Shown in pieces: positions 54,551-64,000 of a DNA stretch of 64,000 nucleotides. The translations under genes were made by a program, and so were the position numbers. The stretch lies in the NCBI GenBank assembly GCA_963707985.1, contig CAVPRW010000011.1, positions 1 to 64,000 of the forward strand. The letters run 5' to 3'. Below the pieces are notes generated by a model that saw only the letters and a list, made by a program, of their open reading frames with translations, ran no database searches and was not told the origin of the DNA. The stretch's first letter is position 1; every line of letters starts with the position of its first letter. This DNA comes from an uncultured Nitrospinota bacterium (GTDB taxonomy: Bacteria > Tectomicrobia > Entotheonellia > J063 > CAVPRW01).

Positions 54551-54784
54551 TGGATAACGCCGCAGCATCCCTGCACTCAACTAGTGGCTCCCACCTCAGG
54601 TATTCCAGAAGCGGACGCTTCGCCAAGAAGATCGAGTGCAAAATCACTCTGCGGTGTTGATACCTCTCAAAATGAGAGAGATGACCCGGCTACCCTATCA
54701 TAATAAGAATAAACGGAAGACAGCGAGAATGGACACGGGTCGCAAACCCTGCTATCTCATGGCCACCAGCGAGGAGGACGTCGT

Positions 54785-56048
54785 ATGCCTTACGACTTAT
54801 TGTTACGCGGAGGCCGGGTGATCGACCCGGCCCAAGGGATTGATGGAGCCTTCGATGTGGCCATACAGAACGGTCAGGTCGCGGCGGTGCAAGCTGCCAT
54901 ACCCAAGGACAGCGCAAAAGAGGTGTCGGATGTCTGCCGGGAAGCTCGTGCTACCCGGGCTCATCGACACTCACGCGCATGTCTATCAATATGTTACCGG
55001 CCGCTTTGGGCTCAACGCTGATATGGTAGGCGTGCACTCGGGAGTCACGGCGCTGATCGATCAAGGTGGACCGAGTTGCATGACGCTGCCGGGATTTCGT
55101 CAGTTCATCGCCGAGCCGGCACGTAGCCGTGTGTATGTCTTCCTGTCCGCGTATCTCGTCGGCGGTCTGGAAGGGCACTTTTACCCGGCGCTCTACCGAC
55201 CGGATTGCTTGGACGTCGATGCCACTGTGCGGGCGGCCAGGGAAAACGCCGACCTCGTCAAAGGTATTAAAGCACACGCGGAACTGGGCGGTTTCGCGCG
55301 CTGGGGCATCGAAGTGATGCGGCTCGCGGCACGTATCGGCAAGGAAGCTGACTTACCCGTCTATATCCATTTTGGCCAGTTATGGCAACTACCTGAGAGC
55401 GGTGCCAATGGCGTCGACGCGGATGATATCCTGCCCCAGGTGGTTGAGCTCCTCAAGCCGGGCGACGTCCTGGCCCATCCCTTCACGCGCCATCCCGGTG
55501 GCTTTGTGGACAAGAATGGCCACGTACATCCGATCGTTAGCGAGGCGCTGGCGCGAGGCCTGTGGATCGATGTCGGACACGGCTCGCACTTTAGCTTCAA
55601 GATGGCTCGTATCGCCCTCGACGCCGGTATTGTTCCGCATACGCTCGGGGCTGACATGCATGGCTATAATACGCATGTACCCAAGCCAGCCGGCACGCCA
55701 GATGCACATCCGGACGAAGAGCACATGTTCTTCGGAGATATTCGCTTCAGCCTGGTGTCCGCCATGACGTCTATGATGGCCTGTGGGCTGACGCTGGAGC
55801 AGGTGGTGCCAATGGTGACCTCGAATCCGGCCCGCATGCTCCGACTCGAAGGCCAGCTCGGCACGTTGAAACCTGGCGTGGTTGCCGATGTGACTGTGCT
55901 GCACGATGAGCATGGTCGGTGGGTGCTGCGTGACAATGAAAACAACCAGGTCAGCGCCACACGTTTGTTGCGGCCAGCGTTTTGCTTGCGGGCCGGACAG
56001 CGTGTCGATGCCGATGCATCCATTCTGCCGGTTGCACATGTGGCATAG
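54785..56048 (+). CDS. Amidohydrolase/deacetylase (dihydroorotase-like) metallohydrolase, frameshift near 54935
   Basis: LLRGGRVIDP, PGLIDTHAH, IKAHAE, DVGHG, GTLKPGVVAD. Confidence 0.88.
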
Positions 56049-56234
56049 GGGAAGAAGAATTCCGCCGTTTCCCTCTCCCGCCTGGAGAAGGTCAGGCTGA
56101 GGGGATTCTCCCAGAACCTATGGAACCCGTTACCCCATCTCGGTCAAAGGCCAATGGTCGGGGTGGTCTCGGTGCCATGGCAAACGGGGGCCTGCATGCG
56201 GCTGAGCCGAGCACCGTTGAGGAGACACAGAATC

Positions 56235-57227
56235 GTGGCACGCGTCATCGATATGCATAATCACCTGGTCGCTCCAGAGGTTGTGACCTTTCTCGAACGC
56301 GAAGGTGCACGCTTCAACACGCGCATCGTCGAGCGCGATGGGCAACGCTTTTTCGTGATCCAGGAGACCACCAGGCGGCCACTGCATGCCAGAATCTCTG
56401 AGGTTGAGGCCCGGCTGAGCGACATGGACGTTGAGGGCGTCGATATCCAGGCGCTTTCCTGTGTCCCGTTTGTCATGTATCCCGAGGTCAGCGCGGAGTT
56501 GGGGTTGGCCATCGCGCGCATCAACAACGACGCGCTCGCCGCTGCCTGCACCCGCTATCCCAACCGTTTTGTGCCGCTGGCCTCCGTGCCGCTACAAGAT
56601 CCTCCGGCAGCGGCACGCGAATTAGAGCGCACCGCCCACTTAGGTCTGCGCGGTGTGGAGATCCCCCCAAACGTGTGTGGGCAAGGGCTGGATGAGCCCC
56701 AGTTCGAAGTCTTCTGGGAAGCGGCTGAGGCGCTGCAGATGGCGGTCTGTATCCATCCGTTTGACGCAGCACCACAGGGTATGCTGGCGCGCTATGGCTT
56801 GGGCAATCTGGTGGGGAATCCGTATGACACTGGGTTGGCTGCGGCGCTGCTGATCTACGGTGGTGTCCTGGAGCGGCATCCTGCCTTGCGCGTGGTCTTA
56901 TACCATGGTGGTGGAGCCTTCCCTAGTCTGGTCGGCCGCCTTGACATGGGGTATCGTGTATACCCTGAGTGTCAGGCTGCTATTCCGCGCCCACCCTCGA
57001 CCTACGTCGATCAGTTTGCCTTTGACATCATTGCCTTCAGACCGGACATGCTGCGTTACCTGATCAACACCTATGGCGCTGAACGCCTGGTTGTTGGCAG
57101 CGATTACCCGTTGCCTGCAGGTCTTGCCCACCCGGTTGCTGAGGTGAAAGCTCTAGGGCTCGATCCAGAGACGGAAAGCGCTGTGCTCGGTGGCAACGCC
57201 TGTCGTTTGCTGCGCCTGACCACCTAG
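56235..57227 (+). CDS. Amidohydrolase_2 family protein (ACMSD-like)
   Basis: IDMHNH, CIHP, HGGG, LVVGSDYP. Confidence 0.88.
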   Translation: MARVIDMHNHLVAPEVVTFLEREGARFNTRIVERDGQRFFVIQETTRRPLHARISEVEARLSDMDVEGVDIQALSCVPFVMYPEVSAELGLAIARINNDALAAACTRYPNRFVPLASVPLQDPPAAARELERTAHLGLRGVEIPPNVCGQGLDEPQFEVFWEAAEALQMAVCIHPFDAAPQGMLARYGLGNLVGNPYDTGLAAALLIYGGVLERHPALRVVLYHGGGAFPSLVGRLDMGYRVYPECQAAIPRPPSTYVDQFAFDIIAFRPDMLRYLINTYGAERLVVGSDYPLPAGLAHPVAEVKALGLDPETESAVLGGNACRLLRLTT

Positions 57228-57389
57228 GGTTACTGGGGTGCTGTATATCCGGCCACTGGCCCTTACCCGGACACCCCACGGGGAAAATGGTTTGGGGAAA
57301 CCTGCACACCGGCCAGGCAGAGGGCTCTAGTGGTCAAATTCCTAGCAGGGCAATCACGTTTGGAATATTGAGTTGCTTGAAGATGTGCA

Positions 57390-57744
57390 AGGATGCCTCT
57401 ACAATCCTCGTAGTTAAAGATAGCGACCTCCTTTCTTGCCGAGTCGTTTCAAGAAGAGTATTTGGGGTTCCTCAGTCCGGAGGATAGCCAAGCCATGATC
57501 CGCGAGATCGGTCGCTGGAAGCAGATCGAGTGGGATGAGGATGCCGCGCGGCGGGTGTTCGATTACTGTGGCGGTCATCCGCTCGGTGGACTGGAGTAGC
57601 GCGCCATTCGCCGCACTACAAGCCCTTCCCAAAGACGCCAAGCCCGTCACCAGGTGGGGTGACCCAGACGAGGCCTGGACCGATGTCGCCCGAGGCCTCC
57701 GCCGCGCCGCCGAGGAGCGCCGGAATCGCCTGCTACCATCCTAA
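57390..57744 (+). pseudogene. TIR-domain relic
   Basis: VIRSVDWSSAPFAALQALPKDAKPVTRWGDPDEAWTDVARGLR; upstream part scrambled. Confidence 0.6.
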
Positions 57745-57820
57745 ACGCCAGTCATAGAGAAGAGAGACTTAGACACCGGTGAGGGCTCGGACGATCGGCT
57801 CCAGACGTGCGACCGCTAGG

Positions 57821-59545
57821 TTATCCACGGACGGCCCCCTTTCTCTGCCCTTCCTGCTGTGTTCTCTCGATTCTGGCCAAGGTATCGCGTAAGGTGGCCG
57901 TACGGTTGAAGACGAGACCATCGGTCGCGGCATCCACGGTATCAACACAGAAATAGCCGAGCCGCTCGAACTGATACCGACTGCCTGGAGCGGCGCCCGC
58001 CAGACTGGGCTCGACACGGCACGACTCCAGTCTCTCCAGCGACTGTGGATTCAGCAACGCCGTGAAGTCAACCCCCTCCTGGTCCTCATTGGGGTCGGCA
58101 TTGACATAGAGATGATCGTACAGGCGCACTTCCGCCTCGAGCGCGTGGGCTGCCGAAACCCAGTGCAAGGTAGCCCTGACCTTGCGACCGTCCGGCGCGT
58201 CACCACCGCGTGTCGCGGGGTCATACGTACAGTGTAGCTCGATCACCTCACCGGTTCGGTCGTCCTTCACCACGCCCACGCAGGTGATAAAGTAGGCATA
58301 GCGTAGTCTTACCTCCCGTCCGGGCGCTAGACGGAAAAACTGCTTTGGGGGATCCTCACGAAAATCGTCACGCTCGATGTACAGCACGCGTGAGAAGGGC
58401 ACTGTGCGGGTGCCCATGCTCGGGTCCTCCGGATTGTTCACCGCCAGCATCCCTTCTACCTGGTCTTCCGGGTAGTTGTCGATGACCACTCGGAGTGGTC
58501 GCAGCACCGCCATCACCCGTGGTGCGCGTCGATTCAAGTCCTCACGGAGACAATGCTCCAGCAAGGCGACGTCGACCACACTGTTGCGCTTGGCGACACC
58601 GATGCGCTCGCAGAAGGTACGGATGGCTTCAGGTGTGTAGCCTCGTCGCCGCAACCCCGAGAGGGTCGGCATGCGGGGATCATCCCAGCCGTTGACGAGC
58701 CCCTGTTCCACCAGCGTCAGCAGCTTGCGCTTGCTCAAGACGGTGTAACTCACGTTGAGGCGAGCGAACTCGATTTGCTGCGGGTGGTAGATGCCTAATT
58801 CGTCGAGGAACCAGTCATACAACGGGCGATGGTCTTCAAATTCCAGCGTGCATAAGGAATGCGTGATGCCCTCAAGAGAGTCCGACACACAATGGGCATA
58901 GTCGTACATCGGATAGATGCACCAGGTGTCGCCCGTGCGGTGATGGGGTGCATGCAGAATTCGATACATGACGGGGTCGCGCATCAGCACGTTGCCGGAA
59001 GCCATATCGATTTTGGCACGTAGAACCTGGGCACCTTCCTCAAATTCTCCGGCCCGCATGCGCGCGAACAGGTCGAGGTTTTCTTCGACCGAGCGGCTGC
59101 GGTAGGGGCTCTCTTGTCCGGCCCCTGTCGCGGTGCCTCGGGTGGCCCGGATTTCCTCCGCACTCAAGCTATCAACATAGGCCTTTCCCGCCGTGATGAG
59201 CTGCACGGCGTACTGGTAGAGTTGCTCAAAATAGTCGGAAGCATAAAACAACCGATCTCCCCAATCAAAGCCGAGCCAGTGGACGTCTTCCTGCATCGAC
59301 TCGACGTACTCTACATCCTCCTTGGTGGGGTTGGTGTCATCGAAGCGCAAATTGCATAGCCCGCCGAATTCAGTAGCGATGCCAAAGTTCAGGCAGATGG
59401 ACTTGGCATGGCCAATGTGCAGATAGCCATTCGGCTCCGGCGGAAAGCGCGTATGCACACGTCCACCATACTTTCCGCGCTGCACGTCTTCGGCGATGAT
59501 CTCCCGGATGAAATGGGAGGGAGTCGTCATGTCAGGGGTCGTCAT
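57821..59545 (-). CDS. glnS: Glutaminyl-tRNA synthetase
   Basis: [44 protein letters not shown]. Confidence 0.97.
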   Translation of the reverse strand: MTTPDMTTPSHFIREIIAEDVQRGKYGGRVHTRFPPEPNGYLHIGHAKSICLNFGIATEFGGLCNLRFDDTNPTKEDVEYVESMQEDVHWLGFDWGDRLFYASDYFEQLYQYAVQLITAGKAYVDSLSAEEIRATRGTATGAGQESPYRSRSVEENLDLFARMRAGEFEEGAQVLRAKIDMASGNVLMRDPVMYRILHAPHHRTGDTWCIYPMYDYAHCVSDSLEGITHSLCTLEFEDHRPLYDWFLDELGIYHPQQIEFARLNVSYTVLSKRKLLTLVEQGLVNGWDDPRMPTLSGLRRRGYTPEAIRTFCERIGVAKRNSVVDVALLEHCLREDLNRRAPRVMAVLRPLRVVIDNYPEDQVEGMLAVNNPEDPSMGTRTVPFSRVLYIERDDFREDPPKQFFRLAPGREVRLRYAYFITCVGVVKDDRTGEVIELHCTYDPATRGGDAPDGRKVRATLHWVSAAHALEAEVRLYDHLYVNADPNEDQEGVDFTALLNPQSLERLESCRVEPSLAGAAPGSRYQFERLGYFCVDTVDAATDGLVFNRTATLRDTLARIERTQQEGQRKGAVRG

Positions 59546-59921
59546 AGGTACAGCTCCCTATTCGCATGTCGCGCTATTATCGAATCTTGCACGGCATCCT
59601 CCGGCCAGTGTAGGGTGATGATGATGCCTCTCCAAAACCATGCGGGAAAATGCGGCGCAGTTCTGTGAGTTTAACCTGGAATACTCAGTTCGGCAACGAG
59701 AGAGTTGTGTCATCATCACTGGCTCAGCGCCAGACCGAATCTTGACGACGGCCGACAGGGCCCAAGAGCAGGTGGATGCGGTCGCTCAGACAGCAGTCGG
59801 ACTGTTGACCCACTTCCGAGAGAGCAACTACACATCAGCAGCGCCCGCACGCGAGTGTCAAATGCCTCGGCAAGCGCAATTCTCCATATGGCGATGTGGC
59901 CTGGAGCCTTGAGGTCATCAA

Positions 59922-60704
59922 CTACATGTCTGCCGTGACGACCTCCTGCAAGTATGCCCAGATGCCGCCATAGGTACGGCCCCCCGGCACGTGGGCCAAC
60001 CGGGCACTGATGTGAGGCTCCGCCTCGGGCCGCGCCTGCGCCACATCCTCGGCCAGGTGCAGGGGGATGGAGGCGTGATTGGGGCCTGCCGCACACATGG
60101 CCAGATAATTCAGCCGGGCTTGATGCTCCAGATGAATCATCGCCATTACTGCCTCCTGGACCCCCGAAGTGGACGACGTCACCGCCCCATGGCCGAGCAG
60201 CAGGCAGACCTCGCCGTCACCTAGCAAGCGCGCCACCTCCTGCCCCTCCTCCTCGGAGGTGATGATCTTGGTGCGTGGGTAGACAGGCAGAGGCCTGGTC
60301 ACCAGGCCAATGCCCTCCTGGGCCATCGGCTTGATGCCGTTGTCCAACACGCTCATCAGCACCACATAATCAGGGTGTACGTGGACCACGGATAGGACGT
60401 CAGGTCGGTTCTTGTAGATGCATGAGTGGATCTTCACTTCGCTACACTGCAGCGAGTAGGGCGGCCCGTCGAGCCAGTTCCCCTCCAGATCGCACACCAC
60501 CATGTCCTCAGGTCGCATGCGAGACAACACATCCATGCGGTAGCCACGACCCTTCACCACGAACCGCTGCGGGTCGCCGGGCACCCGCAGGCTCACATGC
60601 CCCAGCGACGCCCGCACCCCCGCGGCCAGGCCGACCTCGGCAAGAATTCGGTTACCAATGGCTGCTTCGAGCTTGGCGGCTTCAAGGGAACTCCGGTCTA
60701 CCAT
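59922..60704 (-). CDS. Class II aldolase/adducin family protein
   Basis: LGHVSLRVP, SEVKIHSCIYKNRPDVLSVVHVHP, LLLGHG. Confidence 0.88.
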   Translation of the reverse strand: MVDRSSLEAAKLEAAIGNRILAEVGLAAGVRASLGHVSLRVPGDPQRFVVKGRGYRMDVLSRMRPEDMVVCDLEGNWLDGPPYSLQCSEVKIHSCIYKNRPDVLSVVHVHPDYVVLMSVLDNGIKPMAQEGIGLVTRPLPVYPRTKIITSEEEGQEVARLLGDGEVCLLLGHGAVTSSTSGVQEAVMAMIHLEHQARLNYLAMCAAGPNHASIPLHLAEDVAQARPEAEPHISARLAHVPGGRTYGGIWAYLQEVVTADM

Positions 60705-61109
60705 AGCGCTCTCCTAGCTTGTGCGATGAGGGCAAGCCGTATAGCGGTTGAAGGCGTCGGGGCATGGGGCATGGCTCGATGGCCCCACAGGACCCGGCAG
60801 TGCCCTCGTTATGTCCCAGGTGTTTGCACAACAGGTATGCCACCTTGAGTGCCCTTTCGTGGGGTTCGCAGCCGGAGTGTACTATAGAGGCTGAACGATT
60901 TCCATAGGGTGCCGACAGGTGAAGCGTCCGAGACTGGCCAACGCTAATGCGCTCGCCTGCATAGGGCATGGGGGATGGGAATCGGGCGATCGATTGACAC
61001 TATGCGCTGCTCATATGGTACCCTGGACGTCGCTCCGAGCAGTTGTCCGCGGGTGGGGGTGATCGTCGCTGCCAATACACTCGGCGTGCACTCACCAGGG
61101 GGGCAGTTT

Positions 61110-61535
61110 ATGTTGAGCTATAGGCATCAACGTGATGCTCGTGGGTGGGAGCCGTGCGCCATTCTCATAACTCTATTGCTTTTGATGCTTCTGAGCTGGA
61201 CGCCGAGGAGGACAGATGCGGCAGAGTCCGGCAATGTGGAGCATGGCATGCGACTCTACGGTTATTATTGCACTCCTTGTCATGGAGCGGAGGGGACGGG
61301 GACCGGTCGCAATGCTCCTTACCTGGAGCGGTTGGGGCGCGCTCCTAGGGATCACACTGATTTCTGGTACATGAACCGTCTGAGCGACGACGAACTTTAT
61401 CGCGCCATCAGTGAGGGCAAGCGTCGCGACGGGGAACCACCCTTTATGCCCTGGTGGGGCTACACGCTGACCTCGGCAGAAATCTGGTCTCTGGTCGCGT
61501 ATATCCGGAGCTTAGCCAGGGAAACGTCAGAATAA
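61110..61535 (+). CDS. Monoheme c-type cytochrome
   Basis: Signal peptide; CTPCHG; MPWWG..LVAYIRSL. Confidence 0.85.
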   Translation: MLSYRHQRDARGWEPCAILITLLLLMLLSWTPRRTDAAESGNVEHGMRLYGYYCTPCHGAEGTGTGRNAPYLERLGRAPRDHTDFWYMNRLSDDELYRAISEGKRRDGEPPFMPWWGYTLTSAEIWSLVAYIRSLARETSE

Positions 61536-61624
61536 TAGCGTCATCAGTCCCTCCTGTCCAGACTTGTACTGGTATGCGTGCCAGGACAGACCGCGTGTGA
61601 GGGGCATCACAGGCGACCATCACC

Positions 61625-62041
61625 ATGCGAAAGGCCAAGTGGCTCCTACCCATTGGCGGGCTTGCAGCGCTCGGGGCGATAGGCTTGTTGTGGTTTACTG
61701 GGGTCCTAAGTCGTCAGCATGCATCCCCCACTGTCCAGCCCTCCACCGCCAGACAGGTGCCACACGAATTCGCCACTGGGGATGCCCTCTTTCATGCCCA
61801 TTGTGCGGCATGCCATGGACCAGCGGCTGTTGGCACAGCGCAGGGGCCGCCATTGCTCTCAAGGGTCTATGTCCCAAGCCATCATAGCGATGCCAGCTTC
61901 TATCTGGCCGTGAAACAAGGAGTTCGCGCCCATCACTGGAATTTTGGTGACATGCCTGCTTTGCCGCATGTGACTGAGGCGGAGGTAGCACAGATTACCG
62001 CCTTTGTCCGATGGCTGCAGCAGCAGGCTGGAGTCCGCTAG
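61625..62041 (+). CDS. Monoheme c-type cytochrome
   Basis: CAACHG; GPPL..HHSD..HHWNFGDMP. Confidence 0.88.
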   Translation: MRKAKWLLPIGGLAALGAIGLLWFTGVLSRQHASPTVQPSTARQVPHEFATGDALFHAHCAACHGPAAVGTAQGPPLLSRVYVPSHHSDASFYLAVKQGVRAHHWNFGDMPALPHVTEAEVAQITAFVRWLQQQAGVR

Positions 62042-62309
62042 CAAATTTGGAACGTGCATGCCGACCCAGACACTTGTGCAGTATGCCAGCTGAGGAAAAG
62101 GGCCGTGACTTGGCCAAAAAAGCGTTGACAGGTGTCGGGGTGAAGCGCCAGTATAACAGAGCTATACTGAATTGCTGCCCAGATGCTCGCGTGGAGGAAA
62201 CGAGTCGATTTTGCGTATGTTATATGACCACGAAGGCAGAGGCAGCAAATTTCTTGAGCCATCACCTCCGCCCTCGCCGTTGTATCGAAGAGTGACATGT
62301 GAGGAAAGC

Positions 62310-63194
62310 ATGCTACACGGCCATTCTAAGGAACAGCGGAAACAAGATTGCACGAACTACCGCATGGTGGCGATCGATCTGGACGGCACCCTGTTACGCG
62401 GGGACGGCACCATGGGCGAGCGCACCCGCCTCGCACTCCAGGCCGCGGTCAGACAAGGAATCAAGGTGGTGATCTGCACCGGGCGACGTTTCCGTACAAC
62501 GCTGCCGATTCTGTCCGAGTTGCAACTGGCAGTTCCGGTTATCGTACATGGTGGCCTGCTGATCAAGGATGCCGGTACCTACGAGACGCTCTATCATAGC
62601 TATCTCCCCAAAGATTTCGTCCTGAACGCGCTAAAGTTCCTCAAAGCCCATGGTGCCACACCCATCGTGTATGTGGATCTGTTCGCCCAGGGGATCGACA
62701 TCTACCTCGATAACGAGCGCGATGGCCATCCGTTCCACCTCAAATATCTCGAACGCAATCGCCTGAATTGTCATTTCGTTGGTGATGTGACCGAGGTGTT
62801 ATGCCCACAGACCGTTCACATCGGCACCCTGGCTGACCGGCCGTCCCTCGAACGCCTGAATCTCAGGGTCGAGCGTGAGTTTGGGTCGTCTATCCGTCAT
62901 CAGGTGATGAACAACACCAATGAGGAGGGAGCGTTTCTGGAGATCATGAGTCCTGGCAACTCGAAGTGGCGTGCGCTGTCAAGGCTTATCGCAATGGAGG
63001 GCTATACCTCTGAGCAGGTGATCTGCATCGGCGACGAGGTCAACGATTTAGAGATGATTACTCATGCCGGCCTGGGGGTGGCGATGGGCAATGCGATCCC
63101 GGCAGTCAAGGCGGTGGCACAATATGTCACACACTCCAATGAAGAGGATGGGGTGGCGCACGTCGTCGAGCAGTTTGTGTTGAAGGAGATGTAG
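62310..63194 (+). CDS. Cof-type HAD-IIB hydrolase
   Basis: [38 protein letters not shown]. Confidence 0.9.
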   Translation: MLHGHSKEQRKQDCTNYRMVAIDLDGTLLRGDGTMGERTRLALQAAVRQGIKVVICTGRRFRTTLPILSELQLAVPVIVHGGLLIKDAGTYETLYHSYLPKDFVLNALKFLKAHGATPIVYVDLFAQGIDIYLDNERDGHPFHLKYLERNRLNCHFVGDVTEVLCPQTVHIGTLADRPSLERLNLRVEREFGSSIRHQVMNNTNEEGAFLEIMSPGNSKWRALSRLIAMEGYTSEQVICIGDEVNDLEMITHAGLGVAMGNAIPAVKAVAQYVTHSNEEDGVAHVVEQFVLKEM

Positions 63195-63195
63195 G

Positions 63196-64000
63196 ATGAC
63201 CCACCTCGAACACAGCGATCCTGAAATCGCGCGCCTGATTCAGCAAGAAGAGACCCGCCAATTTGAGAGCATCCGTCTGATCCCATCGGAAAATTATGTC
63301 TCCCACGCGGTGTTGGAGGCAACGGGAACCATACTCACCAACAAATATTCCGAGGGTTATCCCGGCAAACGCTATTACGAAGGGCAGGAAAACATCGATC
63401 CCATCGAATCGATTGCCCAGGAGCGCGCCAAACGCCTCTTCGGCGCCGACCATGCCAATGTGCAGCCGTATTCGGGCTCCCCAGCCAATCTCGCCATCTA
63501 TTATGCGTTGCTGGAGCCGGGCGAAAAGGTCATGGGCATGAGCTTGCCACACGGGGGGCACCTGACGCATGGCTGGCGCGTGAATTTTTCGGCGCGCTAC
63601 TATCGGTCCGTGCAATACACGGTGGACCCGGTGACGCATCGCATCGATTACGACCAGGTGCGTGCGCTGGCCAGACAGGAGCGACCGAAGCTCATCTTTT
63701 CCGGGCGCCACGGCTTATCCGCGCGAGTTCGACTTCAAAGCCTTCGGGGAGATCGCGCAGGAGGTGGGGGCTCGCTTTGTGGCAGACATCGCGCATATCT
63801 CCGGCCTGATCGTGGCTGGAGTGCATCAAAGCCCAATTCCCTATGCCGACGTGGTGATGACCACGACCCATAAAACGCTGCGTGGCCCGCGCGGTGCGAT
63901 GATCATGTGTAAGGCCGACTACGCCGACGCTATCGATCGCGCCGTGTTTCCGGCTCTACAGGGCGGCCCGCATAACCATACCACAGCAGCCATCGCGGTG
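63196..64000 (+). CDS. glyA: Serine hydroxymethyltransferase (runs off the window; apparent frameshift near 63705)
   Basis: [62 protein letters not shown]. Confidence 0.96.

Noticed and set aside
56069..56105. CCCTCTCCC..GGAGAAGG..GAGGGG short palindromic element (similar ones near 13875 and 21700)
   Set aside because: Looks like an ordinary REP or terminator-type intergenic hairpin; too few copies here to characterise.
62095..62170. ZTP (pfl) riboswitch or canonical sigma70 promoter upstream of cof-glyA
   Set aside because: GGGCCGTGACTTGG only loosely resembles the riboswitch 5' motif and the 3' hairpin is absent; TTGACA and TATAAC are 21 bp apart.
12800..64000. Single-base frameshifts in NHL, DUF1501, DUF1800, coxL/M, treZ, debranching enzyme, amidohydrolase and glyA read as pseudogenes or programmed frameshifts
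   Set aside because: They occur even in glyA, often at short homopolymers and without other decay; most likely long-read indel errors.

Overview
High-GC bacterial chromosomal window. Scattered single-base frameshifts in otherwise intact genes look like long-read errors. The taxon cannot be established from the sequence alone. There are four zones. (1) 1-11.4 kb is a pile of nested mobile elements: a large serine recombinase remnant abutting the PQG motif of a group II intron RT; that intron inserted in the FFD codon of a second group II intron RT; an IS21 element; a PolA-carrying integrative remnant ending in a tRNA-Leu(CAA) 3' fragment; and a tyrosine integrase pseudogene. The IS21 and the inner intron carry a dense, almost purely A:T->C:G substitution load that the adjacent elements lack. 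(2) 11.6-22.7 kb holds metabolic and accessory genes (DUF1800/DUF1501/NHL, TetR, mqnA, coxL/M/G-like, multicopper oxidase fragment). (3) About 23-54.7 kb is a general-stress-type island (treZ, debranching enzyme, malQ, CsbD, PRC barrel, DUF1328, DUF3309, YihY, AI-2E and others). It has ten sigma54 -24/-12 promoters, nearly all preceded about 110-250 bp upstream by a TCTCA-N3-TGAGA palindrome, and it encodes a hybrid kinase, an ATPase-dead pseudo-kinase and an NtrC-family activator. (4) 54.8-64 kb holds amidohydrolases, glnS, an aldolase, two cytochromes c, a Cof hydrolase and glyA. No rRNA, intact tRNA or CRISPR array was seen. All family calls come from motif recognition by eye, not database searches.
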